In this document: one piece after another, positions 7,028 to 16,265 of the stretch
Layout: each line of letters opens with the position of its first letter
How positions within the stretch are numbered: position 1 is the first letter of the stretch
From: a virus
Lineage: Duplodnaviria; Caudoviricetes
Strand: one strand, 5' to 3'
DNA: 36,040 nucleotides
IMG/VR virus record: IMGVR_UViG_3300012347_000020
Location: 1-36,040 of that record
Program-made: the position numbers and the translations under genes
The notes under the pieces: model-generated
What the model was told of the DNA's origin: nothing
The model's database searches: none
The model's input: only the letters and a program-made list of their open reading frames with translations

Positions 7028-9865
7028 ATGAGTTATTTTGGAGTTTCCACGCGAAACGGTGTGGGTCTTGGTTTGGGCACCGTGCCCTCTTTAACCAACA
7101 CCCCACTGGGTTATCGCCTTGCCCCTTCACTAGACCTATCGTTTGCCGGATCGGACACCCTGAGCCCGCTGATCACCTTCAGCCGCACCACCAACGCCAC
7201 GGTGACGGGCAGCAACGGCCTGATCCAGTATGCACCGATGAACCTGCTGACGTTCTCGGAGCAGTTTGATAATGCGGCTTGGACGAAAGACGGTGTAACA
7301 ATTGCAGCCAACGCTACGACTTCACCAAACGGAACAACAACCGCCGACAGGTATGTTGAGTCTGCGCTTAACGAACTGCATTCGATTAATTCAATAACCG
7401 TAACCGCTAGTGCGGGTGTCACTTACACGCTTTCTGTGTACGCAAAGAACGCAGGTCGCTTTTTGCGCTTGATACTTCCAACAGCCACGTTTGGCACGGC
7501 TGCTTCGGCAAACTTTGACCTTGTAAGCGGCGTTGCCCACAATACTGCGGGCAGCGGTGCGGAAATCCAAGCTGTTGGTGACGGTTGGTATCGTTGCAGC
7601 GTCAGGGTCACTGCGACCAACAGCGCGTCTGGTATTGTCACAGTTGCAAGCACCACCACCTCGTTAGGCACAGGCATATACCAAGGCGATGGCACTTCTG
7701 GCATCTTCATCTGGGGCGCTCAACTCGAATCTAACGCCACAGCCACCACGTACAACCCCACCACGGTCAAGAACCTGCTGGGCTTCACCGAAAACTTTGA
7801 CAACGCTGCTTGGACCAAGAGCAATGCGTTTGTGCAGACGAATTTGCTGACGTATTCGGTTTTTTCTGGAGCTGTTGCAGGAACACCCGGCACTGCGCCA
7901 ACAGCTTGGCCGTTTGTGATTTCGGCGGGCTCAACCGCAGTTTTAGGCGCATCGCTCACATTGTCGGTGGCATCTTCTGCGCGACATTTTATCAATCAGC
8001 AAGTGATTCTTGCTGCAAACACTTCGTACACGTTTTCAATCAACTTAACTGCGTACTCAGGCTTGGCGACTGAAACCTTTGTTTTATTCAATACAAGCGC
8101 GGGGTCAATCATTGGCCCGACCTCAATAGCCGCATCTGGCGGTCTGGGTCGCAGGTCACTCACAGTTACAGCAGGCGGGGCTGGCGCGACAGTAGAAATT
8201 CGCATTGGTGTTGGTGTAAACAACGTCACTTCAGGCGCAACAAGTTTTACTTTTGACAGCCCGCAGCTTGTCCAAGGCACATCTGCTGGTGACTACAAAG
8301 CCACCTACGCTGCCGCCGCGCCTGTGGGCTACACCGACATCTACGGTCAACCGTTTGCTCAGAAGTTGGTGGAGGATACTGCGACTGGTGTACATCGATT
8401 TTTTAACTCAAATGGCGTTACGGTTTCAACAGTGGGACCAAGCACGTACACCCTGTACGCCAAAGCAGCCGAGCGCACGTCTGTTCGAGTTACCGACAAT
8501 GAAATTCAGGGTGCCGATTTTGACCTCTTGACGGGCGCTGTTTCAACCGTCAGCGCAGGCGTGACAGCAACCGCAACCGATACAGGTAGCGGTTGGTGGC
8601 GGCTTTCTGTGACTAGGACCAGCTCTAGTGGCACTGGTCGGATCGTTGCGTATCTGCTCAATGCAGGCACAACCACCTACACCGGCGACGGCACCAGTGG
8701 CATCTACATCTTCGGTGCTCAACTGTCCGACTCCGCCAGTGTTGACCCCTACGTCTACCAGCCTGTGGCGGCCCCAACGTCCACTGCGTACTACGGCCCA
8801 CGGTTTGACTATGACCCTGTGACGCTCCAGCCCAAGGGCTTGCTGATTGAGGAGCAGCGGACTAACTTGCTGACTTACAGTGAGCAGTTTGACAACTTGG
8901 CGTGGGTAGCCGTTGCCGCTGGCGTAGCGGCAAATACTGCGGTGTCTCCAAGCGGAGCAACAACTGGCGATTCGCTTGTTCCTTCTGGTGTCAGCGCAAC
9001 ACATTACATTTATCAGCTAATTGCTTTGACATTAGGGGCCAGCTACACAATGACAGTGTATGCAAAGCCCAACGGGTACAACCGTTTCATGCTGCGTGAA
9101 AGCACGACTGCTGGTTACTTTGTGGTTTTTGATGTGTCTACAGGAACTGTCGTAAACACCAACAGCGCAACAGGAACAATCACTCCAGCAGGTAATGGTT
9201 GGTATCGCTGCACAATGACCATAACTGCGCCTCTCACAGTTGCAACGGTGATGGCGATCATCAATATGCCTAATAACGGCACAACGTATGCAAACGCTAC
9301 GTTCACTGGCGATGGCACAAGCGGCATCTACCTCTGGGGCGCTCAACTGGAAGTTGGAGCATTTGCCACCAGCTACATCCCCACAGTGGCCTCCCAAGTC
9401 ACTCGGGCTGCCGACAGTGCCTCGATGATCGGGAATAACTTTGCTCGGTGGTACAACCCTAATGCGGGTACTGCGTACGTGGAGGCAGCAGCTGCGGCCA
9501 CCGGCAATTACGGCACGTACTCCATAAACAGCGACGACAACAACCGTTTTTACTCAAACGTGGACTTCAGCCAAGTGCAGTGGGTTGGTATTGCCAATGG
9601 CGCAATCCAAGCAAGCCTACCTCGCGGTGTTTTTTCGCCAAACGTCTATTTCAAACATGGCGCGGCGTTCACCACAAACGATTTTGCAGCAGTGGTAAAT
9701 GGTGGGGCGGCGGCAGTTGATACGGTAGCCGTAATGCCATTTGTCAACCGTTTGTTCATAGGGGCGACGCAAACAAACAGCACGTTCTTAAATGGAACAA
9801 TCAAGCGCATCGCCTATTACCCCCGCCGTCTGGCCAACACTGAACTGCAAGCGATCACATCATGA
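7028..9865 (+). CDS. 945-aa modular fibre/spike with repeated carbohydrate-binding-like beta-sandwich modules
   Basis: Four NLL(T/G)(F/Y)(S/T) starts, three GI(F/Y).(W/F)GAQL ends, G.GW(Y/W)R motifs; T/A/G-rich. Confidence 0.7.
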   Translation: MSYFGVSTRNGVGLGLGTVPSLTNTPLGYRLAPSLDLSFAGSDTLSPLITFSRTTNATVTGSNGLIQYAPMNLLTFSEQFDNAAWTKDGVTIAANATTSPNGTTTADRYVESALNELHSINSITVTASAGVTYTLSVYAKNAGRFLRLILPTATFGTAASANFDLVSGVAHNTAGSGAEIQAVGDGWYRCSVRVTATNSASGIVTVASTTTSLGTGIYQGDGTSGIFIWGAQLESNATATTYNPTTVKNLLGFTENFDNAAWTKSNAFVQTNLLTYSVFSGAVAGTPGTAPTAWPFVISAGSTAVLGASLTLSVASSARHFINQQVILAANTSYTFSINLTAYSGLATETFVLFNTSAGSIIGPTSIAASGGLGRRSLTVTAGGAGATVEIRIGVGVNNVTSGATSFTFDSPQLVQGTSAGDYKATYAAAAPVGYTDIYGQPFAQKLVEDTATGVHRFFNSNGVTVSTVGPSTYTLYAKAAERTSVRVTDNEIQGADFDLLTGAVSTVSAGVTATATDTGSGWWRLSVTRTSSSGTGRIVAYLLNAGTTTYTGDGTSGIYIFGAQLSDSASVDPYVYQPVAAPTSTAYYGPRFDYDPVTLQPKGLLIEEQRTNLLTYSEQFDNLAWVAVAAGVAANTAVSPSGATTGDSLVPSGVSATHYIYQLIALTLGASYTMTVYAKPNGYNRFMLRESTTAGYFVVFDVSTGTVVNTNSATGTITPAGNGWYRCTMTITAPLTVATVMAIINMPNNGTTYANATFTGDGTSGIYLWGAQLEVGAFATSYIPTVASQVTRAADSASMIGNNFARWYNPNAGTAYVEAAAAATGNYGTYSINSDDNNRFYSNVDFSQVQWVGIANGAIQASLPRGVFSPNVYFKHGAAFTTNDFAAVVNGGAAAVDTVAVMPFVNRLFIGATQTNSTFLNGTIKRIAYYPRRLANTELQAITS

Positions 9866-10215
9866 CCGAAGAAGAAATCGTTCAAGTGCCCTACGGCGAC
9901 CTGTACCTCAAGTTCCCTGACGAGGCTACGGCCTTCGCCGCCTTGTACAAACCCGCCATGCAGACGGTGGTGACGTATGACGACGAGGGCACCCCTACCT
10001 ACACCGAAGAAGTGATTGAGGGTGAGTTCGTGCCCCGCTACGAAGGTATGTCCATCGACACCATTGGCATCATTTACCGTGTGGACAACACGGACCCTGA
10101 GAACCCCGTGGTGACACCGGAAGAAGGCTGGCATGTGAACACCCGAGGCCCGATGCCCGAGGAGTTGGTGCCGTTTGAGGTGTTCCCTGTGCAACCGCGC
10201 AGAGTTTGGGCATAA
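9862..10215 (+). CDS. acidic hypothetical protein, possible fibre accessory
   Basis: ATGA overlap with the 945-aa gene; GWHVN and P.QPRRVWA motifs. Confidence 0.7.
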   Translation: MTEEEIVQVPYGDLYLKFPDEATAFAALYKPAMQTVVTYDDEGTPTYTEEVIEGEFVPRYEGMSIDTIGIIYRVDNTDPENPVVTPEEGWHVNTRGPMPEELVPFEVFPVQPRRVWA

Positions 10216-10266
10216 TGCAAACAAACCGTACCAGTGAGGTTCACTGGGAACTCAAACGAGTTAAAA

Positions 10267-11058
10267 ATGACTGAAGAAGTCCAAACCTTAGCGGAAGTAG
10301 ACTCCGCGCCAGCACCAGAAGCAACGGCTGCTCCTGAGACGCTTGATGCCGCGCCGGAAGTCGTCGAGAATCAAAACGATCAGGTCGAGGAGAAGAAATA
10401 CTCCCAGGCTGAGATTGACGCGATGATCGGCAAACGCCTCGCAAGAGAGCAACGTAAGTGGGAACGAGAACAGCAACAACGTGCTGCGGAAACGCAAATC
10501 GTCAAAGCTGCACCAACGGCATCCGTTGATCAGTTTGAAAGCCCTGAAGCCTATGCAGAAGCACTGGCGTACCAGAAGGCCGAAGAACTGCTCGCCAAAC
10601 GTGAAGCCGCCAAGCAGCAGTCGCAAGTTCTTGAGAGCTATCAGGAACGTGAAGAAGCAGCGCGGGACAAGTACGATGACTTTGAACAAGTCGCCTACAA
10701 CCCCAAGCTCCCGATCACCAACGTGATGGCCGAAACGATCCAGTCTTCGGACATTGGTCCCGAGTTGGCTTACTACCTCGGCTCCAACCCCAAAGACGCA
10801 GAACGTATCTCACGCATGACGCCACTCAGTCAGGCAAAAGAGATTGGGAAAATTGAGGCCAAGTTGGCCGCAGAACCTCCCATGAAACGAACCACGTCTG
10901 CACCTGCACCGATCAAACCTGTTGCCGCACGATCCTCCGGATCAGCGACCTACGACACCACGGACCCACGGTCTACCAAGACCATGACGGACTCGCAGTG
11001 GATTGAGGCCGAACGTGCCCGACAGATCAAGAAGCTGCAAGCGCAGGCAATCCGCTAA
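10267..11058 (+). CDS. capsid scaffolding protein
   Basis: Acidic and helical; directly upstream of coat gene; likely start ATG 10267. Confidence 0.8.
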   Translation: MTEEVQTLAEVDSAPAPEATAAPETLDAAPEVVENQNDQVEEKKYSQAEIDAMIGKRLAREQRKWEREQQQRAAETQIVKAAPTASVDQFESPEAYAEALAYQKAEELLAKREAAKQQSQVLESYQEREEAARDKYDDFEQVAYNPKLPITNVMAETIQSSDIGPELAYYLGSNPKDAERISRMTPLSQAKEIGKIEAKLAAEPPMKRTTSAPAPIKPVAARSSGSATYDTTDPRSTKTMTDSQWIEAERARQIKKLQAQAIR

Positions 11059-11079
11059 TTTTTGAAAAAAGGAATTGAA

Positions 11080-12288
11080 ATGGCAAACAGTATTCTGACC
11101 ATTGACATGATCACCCGCAAATCGTTGGAGATTTTGGAAAATAACCTGGTGCTCACTCGCAACGTGAACCGCCAGTACGATGACAGCTTCGCCGTGGAAG
11201 GTGCCAAGATCGGCTCCACACTGCGTATCCGTCTGCCCGACCGTGCTTTGGTTACTGACGGTGCCGCCCTGCAAGTTCAGGACGACAACGAGCAGTTCAC
11301 CACTTTGACTGTTTCCAGCCAAAAGCACATCGGCGTCAACTTCACATCTGCTGAATTGACCATGCAGTTGGACGACTTCGCAGAGCGTGTCTTGAAGCCA
11401 CGTATCAGCCAGTTGGCATCGTCGATCGACGCTGACGTGGCAAACAGCTACAAGTACATCGGCAACACTGTCGGTACACCCGGCACCGTGCCCAGCACTT
11501 CCGCTGTTCTGTTGGCAGCCCAACAAAAGCTGAACGAAAACGCTGCCGTGATGGACCCCCGTTACGCCACCGTGAACCCTGCTGCCAACGCTGGTTTGGT
11601 TGAAGGTCTCAAAGGTCTGTTCAACCCCACCGACACCATCAGCAAGCAGTTCAAGAACGGCATGATGGGCACTGGCGTGTTGGGTCTGAACGAGATCAAC
11701 ATGTCTCAGTCGATCAAGCAATTCACAACCGGCTCACGCACTGCCACCGGCGGTACTTTGTCCGCTGCTGTGACTGCTGAAGGCGCAACCTCCATCGTCG
11801 TCACTGCCGCTGGCAACAACGGTGTGGTCAAGCAAGGTGATGTGTTCACCGTGGCCGACTGCTTTGCTGTGAACCCACAAACCCGTGAATCCACCGGCTC
11901 GTTGTTCCAGTTCGTCGCTGTTGCTGACGTGACCCTGAACGGCTCTGGCGCTGGCACCATCACCGTGGCTCCTATGTACTCGGCCAACCACGCTCTGGCG
12001 ACTGTGGACGTGCTGCCACAGAGCGGCAAAGCTGTCGTGTTCGTGGGTGCTGCTTCCAGCCAGTACGCTCAGAACTTGGTGTATCACAAGGATGCCATCA
12101 CCTTTGCCACCGCTGACCTGTTGCTGCCCCAAGGTGTTGACATGGCCGCCCGTGCTGTGCATAACGGCATCAGCCTGCGCATCGTGCGTCAGTACGACAT
12201 CAACAACGACCGCCTGCCTTGCCGTATTGACGTTCTGTACGGCTACAGCGTGATCCGTCCACAGATGGCCGTCCGTATGTGGGGCTAA
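11080..12288 (+). CDS. major capsid protein (P22 gp5 coat-like)
   Basis: KIGSTLRIRLP N-terminal and RIDVLYG....RP C-terminal motifs; AAGGA SD; downstream terminator. Confidence 0.93.
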   Translation: MANSILTIDMITRKSLEILENNLVLTRNVNRQYDDSFAVEGAKIGSTLRIRLPDRALVTDGAALQVQDDNEQFTTLTVSSQKHIGVNFTSAELTMQLDDFAERVLKPRISQLASSIDADVANSYKYIGNTVGTPGTVPSTSAVLLAAQQKLNENAAVMDPRYATVNPAANAGLVEGLKGLFNPTDTISKQFKNGMMGTGVLGLNEINMSQSIKQFTTGSRTATGGTLSAAVTAEGATSIVVTAAGNNGVVKQGDVFTVADCFAVNPQTRESTGSLFQFVAVADVTLNGSGAGTITVAPMYSANHALATVDVLPQSGKAVVFVGAASSQYAQNLVYHKDAITFATADLLLPQGVDMAARAVHNGISLRIVRQYDINNDRLPCRIDVLYGYSVIRPQMAVRMWG

Positions 12289-12290
12289 AT

Positions 12291-12315
12291 TGAAATGGGG
12301 CTTCGGCCCCTTTCA
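12291..12315 (+). terminator. intrinsic terminator after capsid gene
   Basis: GGGGC-TTCG-GCCCC-TTT. Confidence 0.8.
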
Positions 12316-12345
12316 GTCGTTTTCATCTTTTAAAAGGAATTCATC

Positions 12346-12753
12346 ATGGCTCTCCCTAACGGCGCAGGCGGTTACCAAGTTGGTGCAGGCAACCGCGCAG
12401 AAACTATCATGGGCGCAATGGCTGCCCCTCAGACAGCTACGTCTACAGCAACCCTGACAGCGGCTCAGATTGTCAACGGCATGCTGGTGGCTAACCCCTC
12501 CACATCCGCTGCAACCTACACGCTGCCCACGGCTGCTTTGATTGACGCTGCTGTGCCCAACGCCACCGTTGGCAGCACATTCGATCTGAGCATCGTCAAC
12601 ATCGGCACCTCGTCTGGTGCTGTCACTTTGGCAACTGCCACCGGCTTGACCGATGGCGGCAACGCTTTCGTGGCCGTGGCTGTCACATCCAGCGCAATGT
12701 TCCGTTTCCGCAAAACGGCTGACGGCGCGTACACTGTGTACAAAATTGCCTAA
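12346..12753 (+). CDS. putative capsid decoration/minor virion protein
   Basis: 135 aa A/T-rich protein, TYTLPTAA motif, AAGGA SD, follows coat gene. Confidence 0.65.
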   Translation: MALPNGAGGYQVGAGNRAETIMGAMAAPQTATSTATLTAAQIVNGMLVANPSTSAATYTLPTAALIDAAVPNATVGSTFDLSIVNIGTSSGAVTLATATGLTDGGNAFVAVAVTSSAMFRFRKTADGAYTVYKIA

Positions 12754-12758
12754 ACCTG

Positions 12759-12782
12759 AACGGGGGCTTCGGCCCCTGTTTT
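12759..12782 (+). terminator. intrinsic terminator
   Basis: GGGGC-TTCG-GCCCC-TGTTTT. Confidence 0.8.
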
Positions 12783-12793
12783 AAGGACTAACC

Positions 12794-13201
12794 ATGCCAA
12801 ACACCAAAGCCACTGGCGTTGCATATTTGGACCCTGAGTTCAGCACTTGCTACGCAACCGAGGAAATCGGTTACGCTGCTGCTGCGCAAGGCACTGTGAC
12901 TCAACTCACAAGCAAGTCCACTGCGGTGACGCTGAACAAGTCGATGGGTCGAATCACAATGAACAACGCGTCTTTGGCAACTGCCACAAACGCCACGTTC
13001 ACTTTGAACAACACCACCATCAGCGCCAACGACACCGTGATTTTGACAATCTCGGGCGGTCAAGCCACTCCTGGCTCGTACAACGCTTTTGCCAACGCCC
13101 TTGACACAGGGTCTGTCAGCATCACGTTGCGCAACATCTCGGGCGGTTCGCTGTCTGAGGCTGTTGTGATCAATTTTTGCGTGCTTCACGGCGCGACTTA
13201 A
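12794..13201 (+). CDS. hypothetical virion protein
   Basis: 135 aa beta-rich, AAGGA SD. Confidence 0.75.
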   Translation: MPNTKATGVAYLDPEFSTCYATEEIGYAAAAQGTVTQLTSKSTAVTLNKSMGRITMNNASLATATNATFTLNNTTISANDTVILTISGGQATPGSYNAFANALDTGSVSITLRNISGGSLSEAVVINFCVLHGAT

Positions 13202-13206
13202 ACAGG

Positions 13207-13229
13207 CAGGGACTTTGGTCCCTGTTTTT
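13207..13229 (+). terminator. intrinsic terminator
   Basis: CAGGGAC-TTTG-GTCCCTG-TTTTT. Confidence 0.75.
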
Positions 13230-13234
13230 AAATC

Positions 13235-13441
13235 ATGGTTATTTACCTCACACATTTCTTGCACGGTGCCAAGGTCGCAATCTCCGACACTGAGGCCGAG
13301 GCAGATGAAAAAAATGGATGGGTGCGATACAATCCATCCACGCCTTCGGAAACTGAAGAAGCGGTCAACACATTTGTTGCAAAGCGCAAATACTCTCGCA
13401 AGGCTGCTGACCCTTCCGAGGTGATTACCGAAGGAGTCTGA
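13235..13441 (+). CDS. 68-aa hypothetical protein
   Basis: Fills gap in operon; HGAKVA..E.EA.ADEKNGW motif. Confidence 0.65.
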   Translation: MVIYLTHFLHGAKVAISDTEAEADEKNGWVRYNPSTPSETEEAVNTFVAKRKYSRKAADPSEVITEGV

Positions 13442-13442
13442 C

Positions 13443-14165
13443 ATGGCTGTTTACAGCGCCGGTGACCAAATCAATCGAGCACTTCGACTGCTTGGCGTTC
13501 TTGCCGAGGGTGAAACACCGTCTGCTGCCACATCTCAAGATGCTTTAATAGCGCTTCAACAAATGGTGGAATCATGGAACACCGAGCGTTTGGCCGTGTT
13601 CAGCACCCAAGATCAAGTCTTTTTGTGGCCTGCGGGTGTGGGCAACCAAACTCGTACTCTTGGCCCCACAGGTAACTTTGTGGGCCTTCGCCCCATCTTG
13701 ATTGATGACGCCACGTACTTCCGTGACCCCGGCACCAATGTGTCGTTTGGCGTCAAGCTGATCAACCAGCAGCAGTACAACGGAATTGCGGTCAAGACCG
13801 TGACCTCCACTTATCCACAGGTCATGTTTGTGAACAACACGTTCCCAGATGTGACCATGACGATCTACCCCGTGCCTACACGGGAGCTTGAGTGGCACTT
13901 CGTCTCGGTTGAAGAACTGAGCAACCCGGCCACACTGGCGACTGAGTTGTACTTCCCACCGGGTTACCTGCGGGCGTTTGCTTACAACTTGGCGATGGAG
14001 ATCGCACCCGAGTTTGGTGTGGAGCCTTCGCCACAGGTGCAGCGCATCGCCATGACAAGCAAGCGCAATCTGAAGCGCATCAACAACCCAGATGACGTGA
14101 TGTCGATGCCGTACGCCATAGTGTCCAACCGTCAGCGGTTCAACATCTACGCTGGCAACTACTGA
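13443..14165 (+). CDS. head-tail adaptor (P22 gp4-like position)
   Basis: IN.ALRLLGVLAEGE and YNLA.EIAPEFG motifs; precedes gp10-like gene. Confidence 0.75.
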   Translation: MAVYSAGDQINRALRLLGVLAEGETPSAATSQDALIALQQMVESWNTERLAVFSTQDQVFLWPAGVGNQTRTLGPTGNFVGLRPILIDDATYFRDPGTNVSFGVKLINQQQYNGIAVKTVTSTYPQVMFVNNTFPDVTMTIYPVPTRELEWHFVSVEELSNPATLATELYFPPGYLRAFAYNLAMEIAPEFGVEPSPQVQRIAMTSKRNLKRINNPDDVMSMPYAIVSNRQRFNIYAGNY

Positions 14166-14167
14166 TC

Positions 14168-15601
14168 ATGAAGACGCCGATCCTTGGATCATCGTATACG
14201 GCTCGCAGCGTCAACGCTGCCGACAGCCAGATGATTAACTTGTTCCCAGAAATTGTCCCCGAGGGTGGGAAAGAGCCCGCGTTTCTGAGCCGTTGCCCGG
14301 GGTTGCGTCTGCTTGTTACCGTGGGTACTGGTCCAATCCGCGGCATCCGCACCGTGGGCAATTACCTGTACGTGGTGTCGGGCAATTCGCTGTATCGGGT
14401 TGACGACTCGTACGCTGTCACGCTGCTGGGCGTGGTCAACGACATTGCGACTCCGGTGTCCATGTCTGACAACGGGACTCAGGTTGTCGTGGCCTGCGAT
14501 GGCCCGATGTACGTCTACAACACGATCACCAGCGTTTTTGCCCAAGTTACCGACCCTGACTTCCCCGGTGCGCTGACCATATCTTTTCTGGACGGCTACT
14601 TCGTGTTCATTGAACCAAGCAGTCAGAAAGTCTGGGTGACGGCGCTTAACGACCCACTGTCAGTAGACCCGCTGGACTTCGCCAGTGCTGAGGCAGACCC
14701 CGACAATCTGGTGTCGTCCATCGTGGACCACGGGCAGGTCTGGCTGTTTGGCACCAACTCGGTTGAGGTCTGGTACAACTCGGGCAACGCTGACTTCCCG
14801 CTCCAGCGCATTGACGGCGCGTTTAACGAGATCGGCTGCGCTGCCACATTCTCGGTTGCCAAGATGGACAACAGTCTGTTCTGGCTTGGGTCTGATCGCC
14901 GGGGCAAGGGCATCGTCTACCGGGCCAATGGTTACTCGGGCACTCGGGTCAGCACCCACGCCGTCGAGTGGCAGATTCAACAATATTCCGACATTTCTGA
15001 CGCTGTAGCCTACACGTACCAGCAAGACGGCCACTCGTTCTATGTGTTGTCGTTCCCCACGGCCAACGCCACATGGGTCTACGATGTCGCAACCCAAGCA
15101 TGGCATGAGCGTGCCGGGTTCATCAATGGACAGTTTACGCGCCACCGCAGCAACTGCCAGACGTACTTCAACAACGTCAACGCCGTGGGTGACTACCAAA
15201 ACGGGAACATCTACGCCTTTGACATGGAGAAGTATTCCGACCATGACCGCATCCAAAAGTGGCTGCGGTCATGGCGTGCGTTACCCACGGGTCAAAATAA
15301 CCTCAAGCGCACCACGCAGCACACGCTGCAACTCGACTGTGAGACGGGTGTGGGCTTGGAAAACGGTCAAGGGTCTAACCCGCTGGTCATGCTGCGCTGG
15401 TCAGACGATGGTGGGCACACATGGTCCAACGAACACTTGGCGTCAATGGGTAAGATCGGGGAATACTTCAAGCGGGTGTTCTGGCGGCGACTGGGCATGA
15501 CGCTCAAGCTGCGAGATCGTGTGTACGAGGTGTCCGGTACTGACCCGGTGAAGGTTGCCATCGTTGGCGCTGAACTGTTGCTGGACGGCACCAATGCCTA
15601 A
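14168..15601 (+). CDS. P22 gp10-like packaged DNA stabilization/tail hub protein
   Basis: 477 aa beta-propeller-like; DFASAE..PD, WSDDGGHTW, WRRLG motifs. Confidence 0.88.
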   Translation: MKTPILGSSYTARSVNAADSQMINLFPEIVPEGGKEPAFLSRCPGLRLLVTVGTGPIRGIRTVGNYLYVVSGNSLYRVDDSYAVTLLGVVNDIATPVSMSDNGTQVVVACDGPMYVYNTITSVFAQVTDPDFPGALTISFLDGYFVFIEPSSQKVWVTALNDPLSVDPLDFASAEADPDNLVSSIVDHGQVWLFGTNSVEVWYNSGNADFPLQRIDGAFNEIGCAATFSVAKMDNSLFWLGSDRRGKGIVYRANGYSGTRVSTHAVEWQIQQYSDISDAVAYTYQQDGHSFYVLSFPTANATWVYDVATQAWHERAGFINGQFTRHRSNCQTYFNNVNAVGDYQNGNIYAFDMEKYSDHDRIQKWLRSWRALPTGQNNLKRTTQHTLQLDCETGVGLENGQGSNPLVMLRWSDDGGHTWSNEHLASMGKIGEYFKRVFWRRLGMTLKLRDRVYEVSGTDPVKVAIVGAELLLDGTNA

Positions 15602-16250
15602 CACTACCCCCGTCACGCCCGCCAGGGTGGCAATTGTGGACCCTCAGACGGGATTCGTTAGCCGCCCGTGGTACATGTTCTTTCAGTCGCTGTATCAGAA
15701 CATCACCAAATACATTGGACCAACTGGTAACGCCATCTTTGGCGCAGTCCGCGCCACTGCAACTTTTCCTGCCGTAGAGACTGGTGCATCTTTGGAGTAC
15801 GCTGATCCGGGTGTCACTTCTTTGACATCGGCTGCGTCTGACTTGGTTTCTTACGGTGAAATTCAATTTGTGATGACCAACAGCGATGGCACGTTGGTGC
15901 GGTACGCTGGGTTTGACAGTGCCGGAAACTTTTTTGTACCGGGTCAGGCATCGGGCGGGTTTCTACCTAACGGGATCAACACCGCAGATCAACAATTGAG
16001 CCTCTACACCGTGGTTCAAAATACAATCAGTGCCAACGTCACAATGACCACCACTGTGGCAACACTCGGGTCACGCGCTGACATCATCATTGTGACCAGT
16101 GGCGTAACCTCACGCACGGTGACATTTGGCACCGGGTTTAAAACGACAGGGACGTTGGCTACAGGTACTGTGGCGGGTAAGTATTTCGTCATCTCGTTTG
16201 TCAGCGATGGCAACTTCATGATTGAGACAAGCCGCACAGTGGCAATGTGA
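15594..16250 (+). CDS. tail-associated protein (tail needle position)
   Basis: VDP.TG.VSRPWY.FF N-terminus; follows gp10-like gene. Confidence 0.6.
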   Translation: MPNTTPVTPARVAIVDPQTGFVSRPWYMFFQSLYQNITKYIGPTGNAIFGAVRATATFPAVETGASLEYADPGVTSLTSAASDLVSYGEIQFVMTNSDGTLVRYAGFDSAGNFFVPGQASGGFLPNGINTADQQLSLYTVVQNTISANVTMTTTVATLGSRADIIIVTSGVTSRTVTFGTGFKTTGTLATGTVAGKYFVISFVSDGNFMIETSRTVAM

Positions 16251-16265
16251 CCCAAAGGACAACTC

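Noticed and set aside
7028-9865. Diversity-generating retroelement or shufflon
   Set aside because: No reverse transcriptase or invertase in the window; repeats are short, direct and not adenine-specific variants
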